Of a stretch of 64,000 nucleotides of DNA, positions 56,080 to 64,000 are shown piece after piece. The DNA comes from Opitutia bacterium (GTDB lineage: Bacteria; Verrucomicrobiota; Verrucomicrobiia; Opitutales; Opitutaceae). The notes under the pieces are model-generated. The model was not told the origin of the DNA. It worked only from the letters and a program-made list of their open reading frames with translations, and did no database searches. Every line of letters starts with the position of its first letter. Position 1 is the first letter of the stretch. Position numbers and translations under genes: made by a program. Location of the stretch: assembly GCA_947478395.1 (NCBI GenBank), contig CANJVR010000005.1:1-64000 (forward strand), in the 5' to 3' direction.

Positions 56080-56721
56080 ATGCTTTCCCTCAAAAAACTC
56101 TTCGGCAAAGACGAAAAATTCTTCGATCTGTTGGAGGCCGGCGCGGATGAAGCCCGGGCCAGCGTCGAGCTTTTCGGCCAATATCTCCAGGCTCTCGCCA
56201 GCGACAGCGGCACCGGAGTCAGCAACGACGAGTTCATCCAGTCGCGCCGGAAGGAAAAGCGGCTGCGTCAGCAAATGACCGACGAACTGGGCCGCACCTT
56301 CGTGACCCCGCTGGAACGCGAGGACATCGAAGCGTTGTCGTTCGCCCTGTACCGCATCCCGAAGCAGGTCGAAAAAATCGTGGAACGCATCGGCATCTAT
56401 CCGGGAAAACTGCCCGCGACCGCATTCGTCCGGCAGGCCGAGCTCATGCTGCAAGCCGCCGACGCCGTCGCGTTCATGGTGAAACAACTGCGCGGTGGAA
56501 CGACCATGGAAAAAATCCAGGGAGCCAGCGACCGGCTGCAATTCGCCGAGGGCGAGGCCGACAAGGTGATGATCACCCTGCTGAAGGAAATTTATCATGG
56601 CCCCTGCGACGCGAAGGAACTCGTGATCCTGCAGAAGATCTTCGAGATGGTCGAACAGGGCGTCGACCGCTGCCGCAATGCCGGCAACATCGTTGTTCAG
56701 ATCGTGCTCAAGCATTCTTAA
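56080..56721 (+). CDS. DUF47 (PhoU-like) Pit accessory protein
   Basis: FFDLLE, TFVTPLEREDI, EGEADK, DRC. Adjacent to pit. Confidence 0.92.
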   Translation: MLSLKKLFGKDEKFFDLLEAGADEARASVELFGQYLQALASDSGTGVSNDEFIQSRRKEKRLRQQMTDELGRTFVTPLEREDIEALSFALYRIPKQVEKIVERIGIYPGKLPATAFVRQAELMLQAADAVAFMVKQLRGGTTMEKIQGASDRLQFAEGEADKVMITLLKEIYHGPCDAKELVILQKIFEMVEQGVDRCRNAGNIVVQIVLKHS

Positions 56722-56733
56722 GAGGCGCCGCTC

Positions 56734-57777
56734 ATGACGCTGTTCCTGCTCGTGCTGCTGACCGCGCTGGCGTTCGAATACATCAACGGCTTTCACGATA
56801 CGGCCAACGCCATCGCGACGGTTGTCTCCACAAAAGTCCTCACTCCGCGCATGGCGATCCTCCTCGCCGCGGTGATGAATCTCCTCGGCGCGCTCGCGGG
56901 CACCGCCGTGGCGTCGACGATTGGCAAGGGCCTCGTCGACACGAATTCCGTCACGATGCTCACCGTGCTCTGCGCCTTGCTCGGCGGGATCATTTGGAAT
57001 CTTTTCACGTGGTGGCTGGGGCTGCCGTCGAGTTCGAGCCACGCGCTCGTCGGCGGATTGTGCGGAGCAACGCTCGCGACCGCGCACGGCAATTGGTCCG
57101 TTTTGAAATGGTCGACCGGGCTCTGGCCCAAAGTCTTGATGCCGATGCTCACCTCGCCGCTCATCGGATTTTTCGGCGGCGCGCTGCTCATGATGCTGCT
57201 CACGCTCGCGTTGAAACGCGCGACGCCGCGGTTTGTCACAGTGGTCTTCGGCAAGGCCCAGCTTTTAAGCGCGGGTTTCATGGGCTATAGCCACGGCTCA
57301 AACGATGCCCAAAAAACGATGGGCATCATCACGCTCGCGCTGTTCACCGGCACGCAATCGGGCGCGTTCAACGATTTGCCAGCGTGGGCCCATTTTCTCC
57401 GCCTGCCGGATTTCAAGGACGTGCCGTACTGGGTCATCGTCACCTGCGCGATCACGATGGCCGCGGGCACCGCGGGCGGCGGCAAACGCATCATCAAAAC
57501 GATGGGCCACAAAATGGTGAAACTCGTGCCGGTGCAGGGCTTCGCCGCCGAGACCACCGCCGCACTGATCATTCACGGAGCGTCGACCCTCGGCGTGCCG
57601 GTTTCGACGACGCACGTCATCTCGACGTCGATCATGGGCGTCGGCGCCACGAAGCGCCTGAGCGCCGTGAAATGGGGTATCGTCGAACGCATCCTGTGGG
57701 CGTGGGTGCTCACGTTGCCCGTGACCGCACTCCTCGGCTACTTGCTCGAGCGGGCGTTCAGCGCTTTCGGTACCTAA
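56734..57777 (+). CDS. pit: Inorganic phosphate transporter, PiT family
   Basis: NGFHDTANAIAT, PSSSSHAL, HGSNDAQKTMG, PVSTTH. Confidence 0.96.
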   Translation: MTLFLLVLLTALAFEYINGFHDTANAIATVVSTKVLTPRMAILLAAVMNLLGALAGTAVASTIGKGLVDTNSVTMLTVLCALLGGIIWNLFTWWLGLPSSSSHALVGGLCGATLATAHGNWSVLKWSTGLWPKVLMPMLTSPLIGFFGGALLMMLLTLALKRATPRFVTVVFGKAQLLSAGFMGYSHGSNDAQKTMGIITLALFTGTQSGAFNDLPAWAHFLRLPDFKDVPYWVIVTCAITMAAGTAGGGKRIIKTMGHKMVKLVPVQGFAAETTAALIIHGASTLGVPVSTTHVISTSIMGVGATKRLSAVKWGIVERILWAWVLTLPVTALLGYLLERAFSAFGT

Positions 57778-58018
57778 GAAAACAAGATTACCAACCATTT
57801 TGCGCGGCCAACGGGAACGTCCGACGTCCGCATGTGCGAATGGGAGGATCCGCCGCCAGTCGACGCATTTTAGGCGCCCTTCGCCGGGGCCTCGCACCCA
57901 AAATCTTTCCCGTCATTCGACTCCGTTCACCGGACCGCTTTAAAACATCCCGCTGGCCAATTCCTTGAACGGGGATACCGATGGTGGCCCCCCGCCACCC
58001 CCGCGCTCTTCCTATCCC

Positions 58019-59044
58019 ATGCCCCCTGTCGCTGCATCCCTGCCAAAGAAATTCTGTCTTGTTGCCGGTATTTTCTGCGGATGGATCGCATTATCGGGAG
58101 CGGCGTCGGAACGGACCCCTGTCAGCGACAAATCCGAAAACTCGGCCAATATATCGGGCCGCGAAAGGGTCGTGAACTTTCTCCAGGAGCTTCTGCCCAC
58201 CTCACTCCAAAGCCAGCCGCGGTTACGTTTTAACGCCATCACCGAGATGACGCCGGAAGGCCGAAAGCGGAGGGTGCCTTCAACGAGCCAGCCGATGTAT
58301 TTTTACGCCGTGCCTGCACGCTTCGTGCAAACCGGCGAGGAGGTTTCAGCCGGAGAAAAACCGCCTTCCAGCGCAGAACTCGAAGAAGCGCTGCGAAAGG
58401 TGCTCGCCCAAAACGGTTATCTCCCCATCCCCGACGATCACCAGCGGCCCGACGTCCTGATCGTTTCTACCTACGGCTCCAGCGGCGCCGCCATGGTCGA
58501 GGGAGCCCTCACGGCTGACGAGTTCCTGATCGCGGCGATCAACGCGCGGGACGTGGACCGGTTGGCCCGCGATGTCGTCGAACGGGCCCGCCTGGTTGCC
58601 GGCGATAAATTTGCCCAGGACTTGGACGAAGCACTCCGAGATTACCTCAGGGTCTACAACCCGAACAATTTCCCGCCCCCTTTAGACAGCTTTATGCGGG
58701 GTTATAGCCGGGAATTGATCGAACATTACGTTCAGATGATTTTTCACACCTGCTATTTCGTCACCGCCACCGCCTACGATTTTGAAGGCGTCGCCAAAAA
58801 GCGGAAAATCCCGCTCTGGCAAACTCGCATGGCGATCGAGGCCAATGGCGTATCAATGAAGGAAATTTTTCGTCCATTGATCATCAACACCGGGAATTTT
58901 ATCGGTCGGGAACAAGATCCGTCCTGGGTGACTCAGCGCCTCGATCGCCGCGGCCACGTCGAAATCGGCGACGCGAGAGTCGTCGAAGAAACGCTGCCGA
59001 CTCCTTCTGACCAAGCGGTGCCGGACAAAGCGGCGCCACGCTGA
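58019..59044 (+). CDS. Secreted hypothetical protein, possibly DUF4136-like fold
   Basis: Signal-like N-terminus, LAQNGY..PDVLI, YFVTATAYDF, LWQTRM. Confidence 0.65.
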   Translation: MPPVAASLPKKFCLVAGIFCGWIALSGAASERTPVSDKSENSANISGRERVVNFLQELLPTSLQSQPRLRFNAITEMTPEGRKRRVPSTSQPMYFYAVPARFVQTGEEVSAGEKPPSSAELEEALRKVLAQNGYLPIPDDHQRPDVLIVSTYGSSGAAMVEGALTADEFLIAAINARDVDRLARDVVERARLVAGDKFAQDLDEALRDYLRVYNPNNFPPPLDSFMRGYSRELIEHYVQMIFHTCYFVTATAYDFEGVAKKRKIPLWQTRMAIEANGVSMKEIFRPLIINTGNFIGREQDPSWVTQRLDRRGHVEIGDARVVEETLPTPSDQAVPDKAAPR

Positions 59045-59062
59045 GCGCAGCGCAAGAGGTCA

Positions 59063-60388
59063 GTGCCCGCCTTCTCCCCGAACATGGGAACGTCTACCTC
59101 GCGGCTTCCGCGCCGGCATCGCGAATCGATCCTCCGCGTGATCGCAGTGACAGGCCTCGCAGCTCTTCACGCTTCCGTAGTCGCGGGCGCGTCGACTCCG
59201 TCCTCGAGCCTCGCCCCCGTCATACCGCTCGCCGAAACCGCCGCCCGCAGTGCGCCGATCGTTCGGCCAGGTTCACCTGCAACATCTCAAGGCACTCTCG
59301 TATTTTTGCCACCGGCCGTGCCCATCTTCACTCCGGCCGGCTTCGCAAGGCCCGAAACACCGCGGCCGACTCCGTCGGGACTCCACGACTTTGCGGCGCC
59401 CGACACTCTCGCCCTTTTTGTCGGCGAGATATTTTATCCGGTGCTGGGCACGCGGCTCGCGGATCACTCGCTCACCAAAAAACAGGAGTCTCGCCTCCAC
59501 GCCTACCAGGAGAGACGGGACGCGTTAGTGAATGAAATCAAAGACGCCCTGCTTGCCCTCCGCCCGAAAGATCCGACCACGAGGATCGCCGTACTCGAAG
59601 AGCTTGGGGGCCGACACGCGCCGCGGATCGAGGCCCTCGAAAAAGAGGCCGTGGCCCTTCGCGACGAATTGATGACGAGCCGGTTTTTCGAGAAGGAGAT
59701 CAATTGGTTTACCCGGCGCATTTGGTCCTTCGATAACACCGATATCAATCCCGACGACCTGCCCGTCGTTGAAGCCCAGGTGATCCGCATGGCCGCCTAC
59801 TACCAAAAGGGCGTTTCGGTCGAGCAACGGGGTCTTTTCGAGGAGACGGCTGAAGAATTGAAAGCCCGCGGCCGCATCAACGACTTTCCGGGCGATCTCA
59901 CCGCGCTCGCCGACGAGGTATTCGAGTTCGGCTTCGATCCCGCTCCGGGCCGGGTCCGGACGGCGCCGAGTCTATCAGCCGCGCTGAAGGACGCCCTCGA
60001 CCGCTATACGCGCGACAATTCGATTCTGAAGAAGGAAATTCGAGCGACGGTGATTGCTCACGCCGACGAATCGGAAAAGAAGCGCACCGCGGCCTTCGCT
60101 GCTTTCGCCACTCAACAGCACGCGGCGATCACGGCGCTGGCGCTGCAAGCAGAAGAAATTCGGCGCATGATGTTTCCCCCTTCCGCCCCGCCCGGTGCGC
60201 CGAAGCGGGAAAATTCGGCGGCCGCATTCACCGGCCGTATCGCCCTGTTTCAAATCGGGCTTTCCCCGGCGCAACGCCGCCTGCTCTTCAGCGCAGGCCT
60301 GAGAGAAATCGACCTGCCGCTCCCCGCGGGCGAACGCCTCGCCCGTTTTCCGGACCGACTATTCCCAACCGGGGAAATCCCGGAGTGA
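59063..60388 (+). CDS. Secreted helical hypothetical protein, paralogue of 60736-62430
   Basis: Shares VGE(I/L)FYP, VIRxAAY and GLSPxQRRLL with the next gene. Start uncertain. Confidence 0.7.
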   Translation: MPAFSPNMGTSTSRLPRRHRESILRVIAVTGLAALHASVVAGASTPSSSLAPVIPLAETAARSAPIVRPGSPATSQGTLVFLPPAVPIFTPAGFARPETPRPTPSGLHDFAAPDTLALFVGEIFYPVLGTRLADHSLTKKQESRLHAYQERRDALVNEIKDALLALRPKDPTTRIAVLEELGGRHAPRIEALEKEAVALRDELMTSRFFEKEINWFTRRIWSFDNTDINPDDLPVVEAQVIRMAAYYQKGVSVEQRGLFEETAEELKARGRINDFPGDLTALADEVFEFGFDPAPGRVRTAPSLSAALKDALDRYTRDNSILKKEIRATVIAHADESEKKRTAAFAAFATQQHAAITALALQAEEIRRMMFPPSAPPGAPKRENSAAAFTGRIALFQIGLSPAQRRLLFSAGLREIDLPLPAGERLARFPDRLFPTGEIPE

Positions 60389-60735
60389 ACCGACGGGCGG
60401 CTCCGAACAAGAGAACGGAGACCTCCGGGCCGGACGGTTTGACCACGCGCGATTCCCCATCTGTCGCGCCCGGATCTCGCGACCATACGATCACATTTAT
60501 CAGCTGACTAAAGCCTCAGCCCGGTTGATTCGCCCCACCTCCGCGGACGGGCGGCGGCCCAAATCCGGAGGTGTCACCCAAAGACACGCGAGCGTCCTAA
60601 CCTGTAGGCTGCGCGGAGATTTTTCAAATTAGCAGCTGCAATCACTTCAGTTTTAAGTACCGGTTAAGGTACCCCTCAGGCGGCAGACGGTCTGCGGATC
60701 CAATCACGCCTGCCCCAGCCCGGAACCTTCTTCAT

Positions 60736-62430
60736 ATGAAAACGAATTCGAAAACGATCGGCTTCACCCTTGCGCTAGTCGCGAGCACCTTGGCGACAGC
60801 GATAGAGGCCGCGCCGACGTCCAGCAGCAGCGATACTCCTACATCGTCCGCTTACACCAATCAGCTGCCGCCGGTTACCGTTACGGTGGACACCTACACG
60901 CCGAGTGTCTCGAGCTCGAACGATACCTCCTCCACCAGTTCTTTCGGCACCTTCAGCTCCAACTCGAGCACCTATACTTACTACTACCGGAACAACTATT
61001 TTTATTTCCCCCCCACGCTGCCCGCCTTGGGCGAACCGATCGGTCGCCGCACGAGTTCGCTGCTGATGTACATGAACTCGCCGGCATTTTCGGATCCGAT
61101 CACGCCGCAACTCTCGCCCTATGTCGGCGAGCTTTTTTATCCACCCCTCGCCACCCATCTCCACAACGAGGATCTCACCCGGGGGCAGCACGCCGCACTG
61201 GCAACCTATCGCGGCAATCGCGCGGCGTTGGTTTCCGCCCTGCGCACCAAATTGGAATCGCTCAAGGACGCGGATGGACCGACGCGGGAACGCGCTTTGG
61301 TCTCGTTTGCCCGGGAACAGGCCGCGCCAATCGACGCGCTGGAACAGGAAGCCGAGACCATTCGTGCCGATCTCGTTCAAGGTGGCTTCTTCAAATCGAG
61401 TGTGGCCTGGGACGATTGGGATGCCGTCCGCAGCTGGCGCCTCGGCGACGACCTGCGCTACGAGTCGCGTCTCGACGAGTTCAAGGTGATCCGCGCCGCC
61501 GCCTATTTCTACGCAAATCTCATCCCCGGCCAGCGCCGCTTGTTGCAGGAACTCGCCATGGAGTTGGACGAGCCGCTTACGGAACCAACCGCCGCGGTCG
61601 CGTTGGATGCGCCGGAGGCCCGCGTTTATTTCTCCCCCGAGACGGCCCGCGTTTTCATTCCCCGCAATCTGCCCGCCGATCTCGGCGCGAAGCTGGCGGC
61701 GTATCAAAAGGAGAAGGCTGCATTAAAAGAGGAAATTCGCGCCGCCATCTATAAACTCGACCGCAGTTTTTTCTATTTCACTCGCAAGAGCATCATGAAC
61801 CCGCTGGCCGACGCCCAGGCCCCGCGCATCGCAGCGCTCGAAAATCTCGCCGAAGAAATTCGCCGCGGTCTCGCGACCGTGCCAAATTCGTACCGCCCCC
61901 GTCGGGTGACCAGCTCCAATGAGCTCGCCGACCGCGTGGAAGTTTACATGCGCGAACGCCAGACGCTGTTGCGCGCCTTGCAGGACAAGCTGGCCTTGTC
62001 CCAGAAAATGTTCCCCACCGCGCGCATCGAATTCACGCGCATTGGCGAGGGCCAGGGCTTGAGCATCACGGCCAATCGGAAGCAGTCGAAATCCGAGTCG
62101 AAAAAGATCGAGGCCTACAAAACCGAGATCGCCCTTTTCAACGATGAACAGGAAAAGCGCTTCGTGAGCCTGGGCGCAATGAGGGCCGCGATCCGGGCCG
62201 ACTTGGCCAAGCTCGCTCCCGGCAACACGCCAGGAGGAACGCCTTCGGTCGATGACCTACTCCGGCGATTTGCGCGCGAATATCAGGAGCGGAGCATCTG
62301 GGAGCAGTACAGCGACTATGATGCGGCCGTATTCGAGCCCGGCCTAAGTCCCGGCCAGCGGCGGCTGCTGCTCGTCGCCGCTTTCCAGACGATGGATCCG
62401 CCGCTGCCCCGCGGCTCTCGTCAACCCTGA
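60736..62430 (+). CDS. Secreted helical hypothetical protein with Ser/Thr-rich linker
   Basis: Signal peptide, LPPVTVTV, Ser/Thr tract, helical repeats. Confidence 0.75.
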   Translation: MKTNSKTIGFTLALVASTLATAIEAAPTSSSSDTPTSSAYTNQLPPVTVTVDTYTPSVSSSNDTSSTSSFGTFSSNSSTYTYYYRNNYFYFPPTLPALGEPIGRRTSSLLMYMNSPAFSDPITPQLSPYVGELFYPPLATHLHNEDLTRGQHAALATYRGNRAALVSALRTKLESLKDADGPTRERALVSFAREQAAPIDALEQEAETIRADLVQGGFFKSSVAWDDWDAVRSWRLGDDLRYESRLDEFKVIRAAAYFYANLIPGQRRLLQELAMELDEPLTEPTAAVALDAPEARVYFSPETARVFIPRNLPADLGAKLAAYQKEKAALKEEIRAAIYKLDRSFFYFTRKSIMNPLADAQAPRIAALENLAEEIRRGLATVPNSYRPRRVTSSNELADRVEVYMRERQTLLRALQDKLALSQKMFPTARIEFTRIGEGQGLSITANRKQSKSESKKIEAYKTEIALFNDEQEKRFVSLGAMRAAIRADLAKLAPGNTPGGTPSVDDLLRRFAREYQERSIWEQYSDYDAAVFEPGLSPGQRRLLLVAAFQTMDPPLPRGSRQP

Positions 62431-62608
62431 GTCCCGCGCCCGGGAGTGGCCGGGATTTAAGCATCGGTATTTCACCCGCCAGCCACCCCGCGCGTCCTCA
62501 AGCCATGATCGGGGAAACCGCCGCCCGATACAGCGCCGCGGGTCCGCCAGCCCACGCCGAATTAACCGGCGCGTCGGGGATAAAGCCCTGCCTTGTTTAG
62601 GCCCACTC

Positions 62609-63784
62609 TCACGCCACCGGCAGGGTGAAAAAAAACGTCGCGCCCGCGCCCGGGTTACTCTCCACGCGTACTTCTCCACCGTGCGCCTGGACGACGTGCT
62701 TCACGATTGCCAGTCCCAAGCCCGTGCCGCCCTGCTCGCGCGAGCGGGCTTTATCCGCCCGGTAGAATCGCTCGAAAATGCGCGCGCAAGCATCGGGCGC
62801 AATCCCGGGACCGTCATCACGCACCGCGACTTCCACCCGCTTGTCGATGACTTGCGCCGAAACGGCCGCCCGGCCTTCGAGCCGGCCGTATTTGATCGCG
62901 TTGTCGAGCAGGTTGGAAAGCACCTGCCGTAACCGGTCCGAATCGGCCTGCGCAATGAGATCGGCGGTCACGTTGTTTTCGAGCGTAAACCCGCGTGAGC
63001 CCGCGCGCATTTTAAGATCGTCGATCGCTTCCTGCACCGCGGCGCGCAACGAGACTGGCTGCAAATTCAAGCGCACGTTGCCCGAATCGAGCGTCGACAA
63101 CATCAAGAGGTCATCGATCAGCAACGTCAGCCGGTTCGCGTGCTTGTCGATGATCTGGAGAAACCGGGTGAGCGCGGCCGCATCGTCCTTACCGCCATCG
63201 AGCAGCGTTTCGGCCGCGCTCTTGATGAGCGAAAGCGGTGTACGCAATTCGTGGCTGACGTTGGCGACGAATTCCTGCCGGACGGCCTCCAGTTGACGCA
63301 GCCGGGTCAGATCGTGAAACACCAGAATCGCGCCATCCCACCGGCCGGCCGGGTCGCGCAACGCGAGCGCGTTGACCTGCAAAAAGCGCAGCGGGCCCAC
63401 GGCCTCCAGCCGCAATTCATGACCGAGAATTTCACCCTCCCGCTCCAGCCGCGTGGCGAGCGCCGCGACTTCATGATGCCGGGTCGCTTCGAGAATGGTA
63501 CAATCGGTCGCAGGGGGGGCGAACCCGAACAACGCCCCGGCCGCACGGTTGGCCACCCGGATGCGACCCGCCGCGTCGACCACGATCAAGCCCTCGACCA
63601 TGCGGTCAAAGAGCGCAACGGTGCGCTCCGTCTGCTCGCGCAACTCATCGACGCGATGCGCGCGCTGCTCCGCGAGATCACGGCGATGATTTTCCTCCGC
63701 CACAAGATGGCGTCTCCGCTCCAACCACCACGCCACCGCAAACGCTCCAGCGAGACTGCAGACAACGATGAGGGCAAATGTCAT
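62609..63784 (-). CDS. phoR: Phosphate regulon sensor histidine kinase (TM-PAS-HisKA-HATPase)
   Basis: RQEFVANVSHELRTPL, NLLDNAIKY, DDGPGI, FERFYRADKARSR, GGTGLGLAIVKH. Confidence 0.88.
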   Translation of the reverse strand: MTFALIVVCSLAGAFAVAWWLERRRHLVAEENHRRDLAEQRAHRVDELREQTERTVALFDRMVEGLIVVDAAGRIRVANRAAGALFGFAPPATDCTILEATRHHEVAALATRLEREGEILGHELRLEAVGPLRFLQVNALALRDPAGRWDGAILVFHDLTRLRQLEAVRQEFVANVSHELRTPLSLIKSAAETLLDGGKDDAAALTRFLQIIDKHANRLTLLIDDLLMLSTLDSGNVRLNLQPVSLRAAVQEAIDDLKMRAGSRGFTLENNVTADLIAQADSDRLRQVLSNLLDNAIKYGRLEGRAAVSAQVIDKRVEVAVRDDGPGIAPDACARIFERFYRADKARSREQGGTGLGLAIVKHVVQAHGGEVRVESNPGAGATFFFTLPVA

Positions 63785-63914
63785 GGAAAAATTATTGAGT
63801 CTCGTGCCTGAGGCTGACGAAGGTTTTTTGCCGGACCGCGCTGCTTCCCGTCCCGAGTTCCGATCCGGAACCGTCTCCCTTCAGGATGCGGACTGACGCA
63901 CGCCCCGGCTCCCC

Positions 63915-64000
63915 TCAATCCTCGGCCAGGCACCGGTAGCCGACGCCACGCACCGTTTCCAAATAGTGCGCCGATTCTCCCAGCTTCTCCCGCAGCCGGC
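63915..64000 (-). CDS. phoB: 3' end of OmpR/PhoB-family response regulator (partial, not in ORF track)
   Basis: Minus strand reads RLREKLGESAHYLETVRGVGYRCLAED*, the winged-helix C-terminus, directly upstream of phoR. Confidence 0.8.
   Translation of the reverse strand, partial: RLREKLGESAHYLETVRGVGYRCLAED

Noticed and set aside
2874..57087. Long overlapping or antisense ORFs (e.g. 2874-4079, 4351-5349, 27711-28988, 33804-34952, 38889-39905, 56017-57087)
   Set aside because: These are Arg/Ala/Pro-rich shadow frames of real genes in high-GC DNA with no recognisable motifs.
60389..60735. 347-bp intergenic region as a riboswitch or ncRNA
   Set aside because: I recognise no aptamer consensus and see only short hairpins. 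An Rfam/Infernal scan would be needed.

Overview
High-GC bacterial DNA. Gene content and order suggest Opitutaceae (Verrucomicrobiota), which is an inference. Bases 1-40,100 form a large cell-envelope glycan locus. It has eight polytopic GT-C-like membrane proteins, one GtrB-like polyprenol-phosphate glycosyltransferase, five GT4-type/GT-B enzymes and amino-sugar tailoring genes (acetyltransferase, DegT aminotransferase, AsnB amidotransferase). It also has three stand-alone methyltransferases, a methyltransferase-like/coiled-coil/GT2 fusion with a 14-aa tandem repeat, two nucleotide-sugar enzymes with substituted catalytic residues, and an alpha-oxoamine synthase (SPT/BioF/Kbl family). After the locus come an ORF6N gene with an in-frame amber codon, a birA-GldAFG-like ABC-DUF4340-AsmA operon, a ferritin-like gene, a sugar ABC importer, DUF47-pit, three unknown secreted proteins, and phoR plus the 3' end of phoB. 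Intergenic DNA holds two kinds of repeat. One is long inverted repeats whose arms are built from 7-, 8-, 9- or 10-bp tandem units, found between co-oriented glycan genes. The other is several REP/REPIN-like families. I saw no rRNA, tRNA, CRISPR array, transposase or phage genes. All protein assignments come from motif recognition by eye, with no database search.
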